A stretch of 64,000 bases of DNA from Bigelowiella natans CCMP2755 (GCA_000320545.1 ADNK01001072.1:33638-97637), one strand, 5' to 3'; shown: positions 27,865 to 42,179, numbered from the stretch's first letter. Notes: generated from the letters alone by a model not told the origin. Translations and numbers: made by a program.

Positions 27865-28695
27865 TAATTTCGTGCGTATGGCATTTCACGATGAAAGGAT
27901 TCGATGTTAATTAATTAACAAGCAGTGAGCGCATAATCACAACCTGTGCATGCACACATACTGCATAATGGCTGCGATGGTTCATCAGCCAGAAGCACAT
28001 CTAGAGACTTTGGCTATTCTCTTGCTCCAGTCATCAGTTTTATCTAGTTTTATCTAGACCGTATTGTAATGTGTGTTATGAATGAGTTGTGATGCATATA
28101 TGTCGCACTCAACCACTAGCACATAGCGGACACTGCTGGACTACCTAATAGCTGTACTTTTGTCAGTAAATATGCATACAGCAGGCATATCGAGATATAT
28201 TATAGCTAGATAGCTTCGATCGTAGCAACGTAACGACACAACATGTAGCATGCTAGCATGGCACATGCACACATAGATATGTGTACATCCAAAAGATGAG
28301 GAGATGTGCGAACGTCTTGCACAGCTATGCATGACGATGACTATTCGATCTAGCTAGCTAGCTAGCAGTGTAATGTTATATTACTCCTAGACTTACACAC
28401 ACAAATGCGACGCGTATGTATAGGCATGCATTCAGGGCCGCATGTGTAGAATTGCCAACCGTGTCGCAACAACATGCTCTAGTGCTTGCTAGCTTGTCGT
28501 TCTAGCGTTGCTGTCCGTACACTGCATCGATATCCTGCCGCACACCTCTAGACCTATCTAGCTATATATACTTAGCTTGTCTTGCATGCACAGCATTATC
28601 GTCTCATCACGTGCTAGCGTGTCGTATAATATCGTGGCAGACGTTGGACGTAGCTTTTCCAATAGTACCACAATTTTATGTTGCATTATGTAGCA

Positions 28696-29571
28696 TCATA
28701 AATGAAACTGAGGCTTCAATTGCGGCGACGACATCATGAGATCCTGGCTCGCAGGACTTGTAATCATATTATCTTCTAAAATTCTCGACTCGGCCTCCCG
28801 AGCCTAGTCCATTAAATACAAGTCATGCGTGTAGTGGCAATGAATAAAAGGTATATTCTAACGCGTGCAAGCGGTGTGCATTATAATTGACAAAATACCT
28901 CAGAGCATCATCATCATCATCATCATCATCATCAGCTATAACATCATCATCATCATCATCATCATCATCGTCGTCGTCGTCGTCGTCATCATTCCTTTCT
29001 TACCTTGTTGACACTGGTGACAATTGTACGATTGGACTGCCCGAACTTAAACTCGAGAAATCGCTCCTCGCCTATCGGCGTAGACGCCTGGCAATCAATC
29101 CACAAACATAAAACGACGTGATTCCTCAGGAAAGGCTGTTAAATGGTCGCGGCACTATTCCTCAACATCAGCACTCACCGTGGCCCCCTCAACAAAATCG
29201 TAAAGCTCCTTCAAACTTCGTATCCGTGTGTTACCGACGTACTAATGCCCCGCCAATAGTAGAAGGAAGCAGAGAAAAAAGGACAGAGAGCTTGTGCGTT
29301 AGTGACAAGTGAATAGAAGCGAACGAGGAATAATCGGTGAAAGACTATGAAATCACGAACAACGAAGGCAACAACCAATCGGGTAATTTCTCTCTGCCGT
29401 TTCTATGCCAGAGCTGTGATCATCGCCATCACTTGGTTTTCCGAACTATTTGGCTCACTATTCTAACCTTAAGAAGCTGGTGATGACACTCGAAATTTGT
29501 CGTCAGCTCCGAAGTGAGGACATGGGATAAAACTACGGCCTTTTATTTTTATTTGCGAGAGGAGCGAGTGG

Positions 29572-29614
<43 letters not shown>

Positions 29615-29833
29615 TAAGAAGCGGCGAGGATGAAGTCAGCGGATGTTTGTTGTGATAATTTATTCCTCCTCCTCCTCCTCCTCCTCCTCCTCCTCCCCCC
29701 TTCCTCTTCCTCTCCCGTCTCTACCTCCATAACAATCAAACAAGTACCTACCTGCTCACCGTCAAACTCGGGTGTGCCTAATCCACATAGATCATGCCCG
29801 ACAACGTGAGAATAATCATGTGTTATCAGCACC

Positions 29834-29864
<31 letters not shown>

Positions 29865-30594
29865 TGCGCGCGCGCGCGCGCGCACGCAACACACATGTCT
29901 GCATGCAGGTGTAAGAGTGTTTGCCTTTGAATCATGACTACTCATATTCTAGCTGCAAGACCACCGTCACCACTTACCCAATAAGGCCACATTCAAGATG
30001 TCTAACGGCGTGTAGGGGTTATCCTACCATCACATCATCATCAGATCTTAACACGCTTTTCGTTCAAATACTGCTGCTGCTGCTGATGTTCCAGAGATGA
30101 ATGAAGAGGCGTGATAGCGTGCATACGTGCGTGGGCATGGATGAGCAAAGAGCCTACCTCCCAGTGCGATCCAAAGCAAGTGGCCAAATAAGGATGCGAC
30201 AACACCGTAAACACCTAGTGGGCGTAACGTGATATTTAATTAGAAACAATCGTTTGAGGACAACGAAAATTGGATGATGATCCAGCATCCTTGCCACATC
30301 ATCACATACACAGCATATTCACATCATCGTCATCATCATCATCATCATCATCATCATCACTATCAACGCTGTCATCATTACTGAAAGGCAAAACTCTCGA
30401 TGATGCTAATTTCCGTCCTTCCGCTTCTGCATCATTTTTGGTGCGCGACTACTATTACCAGTCCTGAGTGAATGTAGTAGCTCGGCCTAGCATTCTCAGG
30501 CACGAGGTATCTGTGGAAGAAAAAGTAGCTTGTATGCATAACAGCAGCACGTGATAGTATCATATCCTTGTGGTTCTTTCCCCCTCTGGCTATC

Positions 30595-30630
<36 letters not shown>

Positions 30631-30972
30631 ACTACTGCCAGTACCGGGGAATAAGAGACTTTCGTGATTCCAAAGAAAACTCCAGATTCCCGATCTATGT
30701 ACGGCAAATGAGCAACCGTCAACACCATTGCTACTACACGGTGATAGAGGCCAAGGTCGTATAAGCAATGCGTGTGTGTATGCGGTTTTTAACATTCACG
30801 CAATACCTTTCTCCCTTTCCTCATCACCGTAACCATCGCCTTATCTCCAACGAACTTTCGCAGCTGAGAAAGCGGAAGGGAGGGGGGGGGGGGGAATTCC
30901 ACACGTATGATTAGTCGATGCCAACATCTCCCTGCGGGGCTCTTCTAAGCGTATCGTGTGTGAGTACAATAT

Positions 30973-31013
<41 letters not shown>

Positions 31014-31138
31014 CATGTTTTTGCATTTATGCGAGCTTTACATAAGCTCCCTGATATTATCAATCCAGGAAATGCTGAAAGATATTAGTAATACTGCAGC
31101 AGCGAGGACCTGCCTTTCTACCCGTCCTCACCATGAAA

Positions 31139-31171
<33 letters not shown>

Positions 31172-31738
31172 CAGTACTCGTACGATATCTACTTAATACA
31201 ACAACAACAACAACTACTACTACTACTCTCAGTGATAGTACCAGCAAATATGCGAAGGACAATCGCTCCCGACCTCGGAAGGCAACTGTGCCGTCAGGGC
31301 CGATCGGATTCCCATCAAACTCGATTAACACATCACCAGCCTGCACATAGGTGAGGTAGGTAGGCAAAGGAGGGAGGGGGGATGTGTTTGTTGCGAATAG
31401 TTCTACAGATCCTAGAATATGCAATCGACTCCGTCATCATCTTCATCATTATCATCATTATCATTAGCAGCTGCCATACGAAATCGTGCTACCTTTATCA
31501 CCCTCGCGGTGTCGTACATCCCTTCGACCTAAGACGCGGCGGAGAGGTGGGGAGGTGGGGAGAGATGAGAGAGAACATAAGAACATGCGAAAACAATGAA
31601 ATCCACGGCAGCCTTCTCCCCCCCCTCTCCTCCCACCACGAAGAAATCGTGATAGTACGTTTTTGGAAGGGTAACAAACAGCCGCACCTTTCGTATGTAT
31701 ACACCCCCAATCGGCTTTGAATAGCTGCTGCTCCAGTC

Positions 31739-31771
<33 letters not shown>

Positions 31772-32957
31772 TGTGCCATCTCTTCCTCCTGCCCTTTGTC
31801 TCTCAACGAGGCCAAGTCTGAGCGCGAAAGAGAAGGAAGTTATATGCAGCATCATAGTAATAATGAGAAGAAGGGGGGTTTTTAGACGGGTTGCTGACGG
31901 GCACATCAAGAGACCGGGAACACGCAGCCTTAAGTTGATCATACATGCAAGATGATGGTGATTATTATTACTGTTCTTGTAGAATCGGATTCTCCGTATT
32001 TTGCCACCCAATCCCGAGTGATACAAATCCTGAGCAGGACAGGGTAATAAGGGGCTATTCCATCCATTCACATGTGCATTCTCCTCTATTCATTACTTCC
32101 ACCATGTAAGCAATGTGTATTGTTTCTACCAGTGTTGCCGGCATTTCTCTCCACATCGATCAAAAGCCTGGAGGGATGATGGAAGAGGACCGTTATCAAA
32201 GTTTGGGAGGGGGGGGAGAGGGAGACGAACAAATGATATAGGTAGAGGATTATTGACCCGGGACCAGCAAGCTCAAACTACTACTTCTCACGCACCTCCG
32301 AATTAGCAGTGTGGGCACCAAATAACCGATGTTTTCTGCATCGACCATTGCCTATTTTCGAATAGCATACAGATCATCAATTTCTTCACTTTTTTCCATG
32401 TGTGGTTTACTGATGTTGCCGTTGGTTGTCTTCAAGTGCACTACAACTACTCCTCTTACTACTACCTGAAAGGCCACTCCAACCACCTTGTTGTCTATCA
32501 GTGCAGGACCGCCGCTGTTTCCCGAGTTTATTGCTGCATCGATCTGCGAGGCATCAGCATCACCATCACCATCAGCATCAGCATCAGCATCATCAAACGC
32601 ACAATTCGAATCGAAGCCCTCATCCCCGACCCGACTGTAACACCAGTACACATATAGATCATTCACATCGTCGTCATCATCATCATCATCATCTTAAGTC
32701 TTACGGTGATCAAAGGCGAGAATACATGCTCAAACTGCTGCTGCTGCGGCTGCTATGATGATGATGACGACGACGATAAGAGCACCTGAATCACTAGCAA
32801 TGCCACGTCGGAATGAGCGTACCGTGCCATGTCCACACGAGATATAATGCCCTCTGTTTATGCACCAAGAAAAGAGATGACGACGTGAAATCGGATTGAG
32901 GAAATCAACAGTTTGTGTTTAATTGATTTGTGGAATACCCAAACGCGCGCGTGCGCG

Positions 32958-32998
<41 letters not shown>

Positions 32999-33130
32999 AT
33001 GTTGATATTCGCATGTCGTTTACTACCTGTGATGCTCAATTTATCGCCCCCCGTTGGGTAACCCAGCACTGTGACCTGATGACGTCGATGATGGTGGTGA
33101 GTGGTTGTAGTTTTGATGATGATGACGATA

Positions 33131-33164
<34 letters not shown>

Positions 33165-33305
33165 GATAATGATTATGATGATGATAACGATTTCATATAA
33201 GAACCTTCTCTTGCAGGTTTGGGACCTTATCAAGGTCAAAAGGGACAACATCCACCCTGATGACCACACAACGCACACACACACACGCACACACACACGC
33301 ACACA

Positions 33306-33340
<35 letters not shown>

Positions 33341-33591
33341 CCGCAAAAAGATGTCAGGAGCTGTACACTTGCTTGCACTGAAGTATGCTTCTACGAACGG
33401 TTTATGGTAAAAAGATGCATGTATTTCTATGGACCACTCTTTTGATGCTGCCTCTCCCCCCCCTCCTGTGCTTCCTTTCTTTAGAGTAAAATGACCAGAA
33501 TTCGGGGTCCTCGACAGTTAGCAGTGCCAAATCGGACTCATGAACAATGTGCAAAACCTAAATTAAATCTCAATAAATACAGTATTATAAT

Positions 33592-33670
<79 letters not shown>

Positions 33671-33993
33671 TGATGCACAAAAGACCAACCACTTATATCA
33701 TGCACGCTGCCGTTGTTAAGACAAATCATCGAGTAAAAATCATCGGGAAGGAGAGGTCAGGTCAGTAGTAATCGCTTGCCTTGGCTATGTACTTGCGGGA
33801 GTCGCCATGCTTCCGAACCTGCGAGAAGATTCCTTATTAAACAATATGATGCTCCGTGCATATAAACCATCTGTTGGACGATAACATCGACACCGTTGCT
33901 ACCTGCACTATCTTATGATACGCCACGCCGTGGGCATTTGTGATGATGCGCTGGTTACGAATGGCGAACGCTGAGGAAGTGCTGCGGCGCAAA

Positions 33994-34027
<34 letters not shown>

Positions 34028-34415
34028 GAGGAGGAGGGGGAGGAGAATGGATTGAATGTAGCAGAGAACGATGATTACTTCATGTGTTGGTATTTTGTGA
34101 TGACATCGGCGAAATGCAAACAGATACTAAGATGGCACCACCTTTGGTAAGGTCGGCGCATTTGCCACGGAGATGAGAATGACGGCTCCATGTGCGTGCA
34201 GAACACCTTGAGGTAGGTAATGTACAGGGAAAAAAGAAGGAAAATGGTGACGAAGAACAACCTAACAATATCTCCTGACGAAACGTAATTTTACTTGAAG
34301 CACAACAGGCGGTGATCCAACTACTTCTAAATGTTCAGTCAACCATCATCTTTTCAGGTAAAAATATCTTCCCGCTCACTTTGAGGTAAGTGACGATTCA
34401 ATTCTATCTTGTGTA

Positions 34416-34451
<36 letters not shown>

Positions 34452-35576
34452 CGTGGGTTTATGCACCTTCAGGATCCCTCTGAGGCGGCTGTCTGCAACT
34501 GCGGCAGATTGTCTGTTGTTATGTGCATTATTGACAAATGTATAAATGGGTTGCGTGTTAGGGATGTTTAGCTTTTTAAAACGGAAAGACCGCTGCTACA
34601 AGGGATTCAAAGAAGTCATTCTTTGCATGTTCGTGGTCTAGATTGCTGACTGATTAACGTAATCACCGGCTCTCTCCAGAGCTGGACTCAAGCAGCAAGT
34701 CGCCGTTCCCTTCAGATTCATATGTGTTGTGTGGATGCAAAATTACTAACGCACAAACATACATTGTATCTGTGGATATGAGGGTGTGTGTGTGCGCATG
34801 ATTGTGTGTCCATATGTACACACGGATGATACCAGGAGAACCAGAGCCTTGGCCAAAAGCAGGAAGCGTGTTCTTGTTGCTACTTCCCCAGAAGAGACTA
34901 AGCGGACTATTTATTTGCGGTTTCATGGGCATGGTAACGTCAGTGCCCCCCCCAATCATCAATTCTGCTGTGCCTGCTCCAATCTGCTGCTGCTGTAATG
35001 TATTAGCACTAGCCATTCGTGCGTAGCCTAAAAACTGCCATATTCCCCCAGCTGATTAAAACAATATAATATTTGAGGGGAGGGGCCAATAGGATATGGA
35101 GAGTCAGAGGCTCAGCGTGCGCACATTATAGTGCTACTTTAGCTTGTGGTTTTGTCAGCTCTCTATCTACTCACATGTCATAAAGCAGTGCCTTAATGAT
35201 TTCATTTACCAATTGCAGTAGCTTTGGCAATGACCGGTGCAGAAGCAGCTACGAACGCTGAGAACCCTCTTCTCTCGCCGACGTCGCCATTGTGATTCAG
35301 TCTGACGTGACCTCCGCCTTCCAGAGCCTCATTGTCATCATCGTTGTTGTTGTTGTTGTTGTTATGCCATAAAAAGGGGCGGGAACGAATACGAAACGCT
35401 GCACTTGGATCCACAGGTCCCTCCTCGGAGGCACCTCCGAACTCATCGTACCCGCTGGGCAGCCAAGGGGGGGGCTGGCTAGATCTGTCGCTAGATGCTG
35501 CAAAATATGGATTGGTGCGCGCAAGACGAGAGCCTACGTGTCGTGCGAAGCTGTATAGCGGGAATACAGGATCCAT
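28696..35576 (-). CDS. Deg/HtrA trypsin-like serine protease with PDZ domains (plant Deg2/9/10-like); may start further upstream (~35945)
   Basis: Exons KVFCTHMEPSFSSPWQ, IITNAHGV (His), VRKHGDSRKYIAK|VLHIVHESDLALLTV (Asp), GYPTGGD, GIISRVD, IDAAINSGNSGGPAL (Ser), ENIGYLVP, DVLIEFDGNPIGPDGTVAFRGRER. Ends ...QFHL-TGA (28696). Confidence 0.92.
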
Positions 35577-36015
35577 TTAACAACAGAGCCTCAAAATATC
35601 ACGGACAAATATGCACGCACCTGGTGCCGCCGCCGCCGCCGCTGCTGCCGCCGAAATCAAAATGTGCCTGCACAACGTGCGAGGAAGGAAAGAAGCAGCT
35701 TAAGGTGAGTAGGAGGGGAAATATCATTCTCTCTTCGATTCGAAGATGACTATGCCAGCCCTCTGCTCAGGAACTCATCATCGGATAGCGTCAGCTCGGA
35801 GGAGGAGGTGGAGGAGGAGGTGTTAGCCGACGACGAAGCAGTTCGGGTTCGTTCTAGGAAAATAATCTAGGATATATTACGGTAAAATGCTAATTATTAT
35901 CATTATGTGAAGTAGAAGGCAATTGTGCAAAATCGCCGACATAGGCATTCTGCATGCGCCATCGCTAAAATATCTAGATCGTTTTGGCCTAGATCTTCTG
36001 CTTCGATGGGGATCC

Positions 36016-36207
36016 CCTTTTTGCATGATGCGACAGACTTCGTTCATGACGCAAGACTTCCATGCCGCGAGTATTACATGTTCCACCCGCAACAAGAAAA
36101 CAACGGAAAACATCGTATGAACAGTGATTATTCATTGTCGCAGCGCTCAAGAAGGAACCCAGAAAGAAGAAGAAGAAGAAGAAGAGCCGCTTCCTTCTCT
36201 TGATCGA
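36016..36207 (+). promoter_or_regulatory. Conserved upstream block of SDR copy 2
   Basis: Inverted match to 18893-19046 and 18661-18693; here the two blocks are joined by a (GAA)n run. Confidence 0.6.
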
Positions 36208-36388
36208 CTTCTTCTTGTTGCCGATGATGCTTTGTTTCTTCTTGCCGAGGATGCTTCTTCTTGAGTTCCGTACCGTCATTTAGCTCCTCAAATCACCACT
36301 CCCGCTCAGCCCCATAACCCAAACTCACCACCCTTCGCTAATTAGGAAGAAGAGCACAATACGCTTTCCCAAAACGCAATACCATACT

Positions 36389-37192
36389 ATGTCTACCGTG
36401 AACACAAGCCAGACCTCCGCTCAGCCTCAAAGTCGCCGGTTTAAAGATCAGACCGTGGTTGTCACCGGTGCATCGTCTGGCATCGGGCGCAACACAGCTC
36501 TAGCCTTTGCCAAGGAGGGTGCCAACGTTGTGGTTGCTGCGAGACGTGATGATCGACTGAAAAGTCTGGTTGATGAGATAAAGGAGCTCGGCTCCAAAGC
36601 CATCGCAGTCAAGGCGGATATTAGCATTGAAGCAGACAACAAAACCCTCATCGAGGAAGCTGTCAAAGCGTTCGGCTCGATCAATGCAGTGTTCCTGAAC
36701 GCAGGGGTATTCTCTTCTGATAACAAGCCAATCTGGGAGGCAGACAGCAAAACCTGGCAGAAGAACTACCATGTCAACGTGTTTGGAGTGCAGCTTGGCC
36801 TCAAGTACGCGTTGAAGCAGCTGGTAGCTCAAAACAAAGGTGGCTCTGTAGTCATTAACAGTTCGGCGGTAGGTCTAGTTTCCCAAGAGAACCTGCAGAA
36901 CAACAGCGGGTATACTTCCTCCAAGTTTGCCGTCACAGGCATCGTTAAGTATGTTGCAGCCGAGGCCGCGAATCATAACATCCGCATCAATGCAGTAGCA
37001 CCAGGGGTCATCGAAACGGACATGACCGGTGGAGCTGAAGGCGCACAGCAGTTTGCAAAAGCGGTGCACATAATCAAGAGGCCGGGAAAAGTAAAAGATG
37101 TTGCAAGCGCAGTTCTGTTCCTTGCCGACCCGCAGAACGACTTCATTACCGGGATCTCGTTGCCAGTTGACGGAGGCTTCACTTCGAAATAG
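36389..37192 (+). CDS. Classical SDR, copy 2, intronless
   Basis: Protein identical to copy 1 except ELGSK vs ELDSK. I spotted only about three nucleotide differences in 804 nt. Confidence 0.97.
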   Translation: MSTVNTSQTSAQPQSRRFKDQTVVVTGASSGIGRNTALAFAKEGANVVVAARRDDRLKSLVDEIKELGSKAIAVKADISIEADNKTLIEEAVKAFGSINAVFLNAGVFSSDNKPIWEADSKTWQKNYHVNVFGVQLGLKYALKQLVAQNKGGSVVINSSAVGLVSQENLQNNSGYTSSKFAVTGIVKYVAAEAANHNIRINAVAPGVIETDMTGGAEGAQQFAKAVHIIKRPGKVKDVASAVLFLADPQNDFITGISLPVDGGFTSK

Positions 37193-37666
37193 CTCATTTA
37201 TGATGTCCGTGGGATAAACGTTAGTAAACTCTACTCAACACGTAAATAAATACTATTATCCGAAGCTGGTGATGGGTGTCGTCGCGGAGCACGTAGCATT
37301 ATGATCATGAGTTGTCGCGGCATGACCTGCCTAGCTGGTATTAGGCCCATTGCTGCTGGACTGCGCTTAGCTTGCTAGCATTTATCTTGCTTCTATGGCA
37401 TGTTAGAATTCATGGCATGTATCAATGCATCGCTCATCCAATCTTGCAAGATAACATGCACATATTTATGTGTACATCGCAACAAGAACTGAAATGTTGT
37501 TGCGATGCGCTTGCCTAGGCGCCAGTTAACGCACATGTTAGCTGTGCACATTCTTGATACCACAATGACTATTCATCACTTACGTGCTCATGTGTTCGTG
37601 CTGTAACTAGATCGATGCGCTTAGCTTTGTAACAGAGGTAGCTTTCGCATCCACTAACATATGCAC

Positions 37667-37701
<35 letters not shown>

Positions 37702-37785
37702 CACATAAAACATTCATAGAAACATAGCTTTGCACATGATATATTCTAGGTAGTATACATATAAGGTGCTCGTCGTAATTATGAG

Positions 37786-38359
37786 TTAATCTGCATGATC
37801 TTCTTCGGTGGGGCCTGGGCAGTTGGTGTTCATGTCGTCCTGGCCTTTAAATGTGATCGAGCAATAGTAGCAGTAGCAGTACTTCGATCGCAGATATGTG
37901 AGCAGCTGTAAAAAGAAGCAATACCACGATTCACGACCGAAGAACAATTTCAGATTCAGAATGAAAATACAGGCATGCTATCACTTTTGATCAGGAAGAT
38001 AGCAGATTAGCAGGGATAATTCTAACCACTCCCCTGATGTGTACCTACCTCCGTGATGAGCTCTCTGGTCTCTTCCATCGGCCTTGAAGCCGCGCCAGTG
38101 CCTCCCGCTATATCATCTGCGACGACATGCCGATAATACGATGTGGCAATGACGAGGAAGGGGAGAGGAAGAAAGAAGAAGAAGAAAATGGGGGAGGATG
38201 TTGAGATATCATCCAGCTGCAGTAAATTCCTATGGGACCGTGTCGCAGCAGCGGTAATTGTAATATGTGCATTTTCATGGATGGAGATAAAACTCTCTTC
38301 TACGTTTCCCTTCATTTCGTCTTCCCCCCCCCCTTTTCTCCTTTTTTGATATCTTTTGA

Positions 38360-38405
<46 letters not shown>

Positions 38406-38741
38406 AGCTTAGGCAATACATCTCATCTCACTATCTTACTGATGAGGTTTCTTGCGGCTTGGATATCCATTCTCGACCTCGCTTCCAAGACCTGCTCGTA
38501 TCATCGATGCATTTCACAAATTATTAGATGTTTTCCCCAGGCTAGTGGCTAGCGAGCGATATCCTGAAGATTTGGTCCCCTGATACGGGTGAGTTGCTGA
38601 ATCTTAGCACAGCTCTAGTTGTATCGTCGGCCCCTCATCAACTCGCAAGATCCACCTCATCATCCCCTAGCTCGCAGCTCGCAATGCACAGATGTTTCAT
38701 GTATATCGTAAAGGGCTATGAAGGAGGAGGATGACGGTACA

Positions 38742-38786
<45 letters not shown>

Positions 38787-40079
38787 GAAACCCATTGACC
38801 AATTTCAGTCTCTGTCCTCTATGGCCAGGAGGGACATAAGTGCCAATGATCGACGCCTTAACGTATGTCTGCTCGTAGATTCGTTCGTGCGTATCGGCCT
38901 ATAGAGCAAGCAGTGCGTATTATGTTTTGATGCAGCAGCAGCATCATCACCATAAGCGCATTTATTAAAGGAAAAAAAGGAGCTGCTACTGATACTGCTG
39001 CTGCTACCGTTGCTCTGTCTATGTACTACTACTACTACTACTACTACTACTACCTTTTGAAGGAGGGAGCGAGCAGCGTTATCGTTGATATCTATCTCTT
39101 CGCGTACACCGATTAGGCGGGTACTACTCCTACTACTACTACCACCACCTCCACCAACGCCACTGCTGCTGCTACCGGCTACACTGTTCCCCCCCCTTCC
39201 ACTGCTATCCGCATGGTAGTCGCCTCCTCCTCTGCTGTTATTCCCACTACTACCCAACGACATAGATCCATGACCTCCTGTCATACCTTCACGGCTGCCC
39301 TCCCCCACCCCACGCAGAAGGGGGTTTTTATGTCCACCAGAGCCCTCCGGAACCTGTTGATGACATATTTTACAAAATCAAGTAAGTAAGTAAATGAATA
39401 TACTGGTGCAAAAAACGAGGGGTTAGAGGCTCCCCTGACACTGGTAACATCGATCATGATTTTAGTCGCCAAAAAGCCCATCGCGGAAGGTAAATCGTTG
39501 TCGTTCGGTGGGTGTTTCGTGGTTCATAATCCGGAATCTTAACTGTGATATTTCTTTGCATGTGACGTGATAGGCGTGCGTGCGTGCGTGTGTGCGTGTA
39601 TGTCTGCTGACATGTTTGTTCTTCATGATCTCTGGGGCCTCGAAATCCTGGAAGGAGGAAAAGAGCACGCGACACATTCCAACGTGATGATAATGACAAC
39701 GATGAAGAAAGAAACAGATATTGAGAGCTGCATGATCAAGGAGGACTAAGAAACTAGTCTTTCCTCATTTTGCAAGAAAGTAGATATTCTTTCAAACACG
39801 ATAATATTTGAGTAATTTAGTAACAACGCCACGGTTCAATCACCTGTAGAGTCGGGCAAGGTTCCTTGTCATCGTCGGATTCGTATCCACGACTGCTACT
39901 TCCTAAGAGAATTGTTTGTAATAAATGTCCCATGATGATGATGATGATGATGATAAGAGTACCAGTAGAAACATGGGTTTCTTTCGTACGAACAACGTGT
40001 GGTAGCATGCCAACTTCACAAACCGGCATCATTATAATCATCATCATCATTATGATCACGTTAGTCAACATCACCAATG

Positions 40080-40136
<57 letters not shown>

Positions 40137-40341
40137 CATGAAAACAGTGTCCGACGACCATGCGCCTCCTCGCTCGCCCCCCAGAGCTCATTGACTTCAA
40201 CGTCGTTTTTGCGGTCAAAATCCTGAAAGAAATCAACATCACCGAAGTACAATCTCTCCACAGAATATAATATAAACATTTATATTTATAAATGCATAAC
40301 AGCGTTGTACTCACTCTTAATGCTTTCTCTCAAACTACTAT

Positions 40342-40375
<34 letters not shown>

Positions 40376-40559
40376 GCGGCAGGAACCTCGCATATTCTCC
40401 TCAACGCTCCAAGGTCCTTCTCAGCCTTTCGCATCATAGCTCTTGAAGCATGGCAAAGAGAAAGAGGAGGGGGGGGGGCAGTATGAGCACGAAGACAAGA
40501 AGAACGAGCAATAAGGTCAGGACATCACGCAGTTTATTATTATCATTATCGATTGTAAC

Positions 40560-40595
<36 letters not shown>

Positions 40596-40645
40596 ATGAA
40601 ATACTACCAAGCTGCATGTATTTAAGCACGTAATCTTGTAGTATT

Positions 40646-40681
<36 letters not shown>

Positions 40682-41175
40682 ATGCCATCACAACACCTTG
40701 TACAGCAGCAAATGGAACTATTAATATCATTACTATGATTATTATTATCATTATAATTGCCACTGATGTGTTCGTTTCTTTCCTCTTCTGTTTCGATCTC
40801 TCCCCCCCCTCCTCGTCCTCAGCTATATATTTGATCTCAACGGAATAAAAACTATCATCATACCTGCTTCTTGCGGTATGCATAAAGCTTCCTGCCCTCC
40901 TTGCTTCCACAGTCCTTTGCATCCTTTTAGGCGAGAAATTATAACTTTCAGAAAGAAAATTGTAGCAAAATGTTAAGCAGCAGTAGCAGATCGATATTAA
41001 GCACTGAATTCATTCCTCTTGTTGTAAGTGTTTGGTTACTTCCGTCGCATCGCTCGCATCGCCTTTACTTCGCTTTCACGACCAAGTCCTACGCGGTTTT
41101 CGTGTAAGGTAACCTGTGCAGCATCATCAACAATGACGACAAAGACGAGGAAGAAAAGGAGGAAATATAGCTCAT

Positions 41176-41242
<67 letters not shown>

Positions 41243-41484
41243 TACACATCCACACACATCCACACTTGATCAGCAGCTGCAGACAACACTTCGCCAGCAG
41301 CCAAAAATGATAGAAACAATTGTTTGCGATGTCATGATTCACCTCTACATTACATCTGTATCACTCGTGATGACAATACCTGAACAGGAGCCTGCAAGCC
41401 GCGCCCATTTCGACCCAACTTCATCCCTTCCTTGAATCTGAATTGTCATCAAAATGAGGAAGGAACACACACCACACACATCCT

Positions 41485-41526
<42 letters not shown>

Positions 41527-41712
41527 ATTTACTTATTATTTGCGTACTAATTAAGATTTTTATGTGTTTGTGTTTGTATAATCTGGCACCCCATCTTTGC
41601 TAGCATTCTATGGCCAATGTTAGTCTTGGGAATAGATCTCTCCAGCCTTTCGGAAGTTACATAACGGATTGGGGGGAGGGGGGAGGAAGTAAGTAGAAGT
41701 AGCAGAGTAGTA

Positions 41713-41743
<31 letters not shown>

Positions 41744-41917
41744 CGATGGTGGTGGTGATGGTGGTAAAATAGCAGCCTCGATATTTAGTTTATAGATCTT
41801 GTGAATACAAGTTTTTTATGTGTTATTCCTAGAGATATCATGAGAAAGTACTCGTTATCTTATGTACACGCCAAGCACTGAGGAGGAGGAGGAGGAGGAG
41901 GAGAAGGTACGTACACA

Positions 41918-41967
<50 letters not shown>

Positions 41968-42146
41968 AATTCAACCCGTCATTGAGTTGGCGCTTCATCA
42001 TGTCTTTCAATTTTTCTCCTGGTTAAGACAGTAAAGGGACAAAGAAACAAAGAGTGGGGGGCAACGAGGTGACACTATCATAATCTATCTCAATGACGAT
42101 GGCAATGGTGATGATCATCAATTATTGAAAGAGATGATGCGGGTTT

Positions 42147-42179
<33 letters not shown>

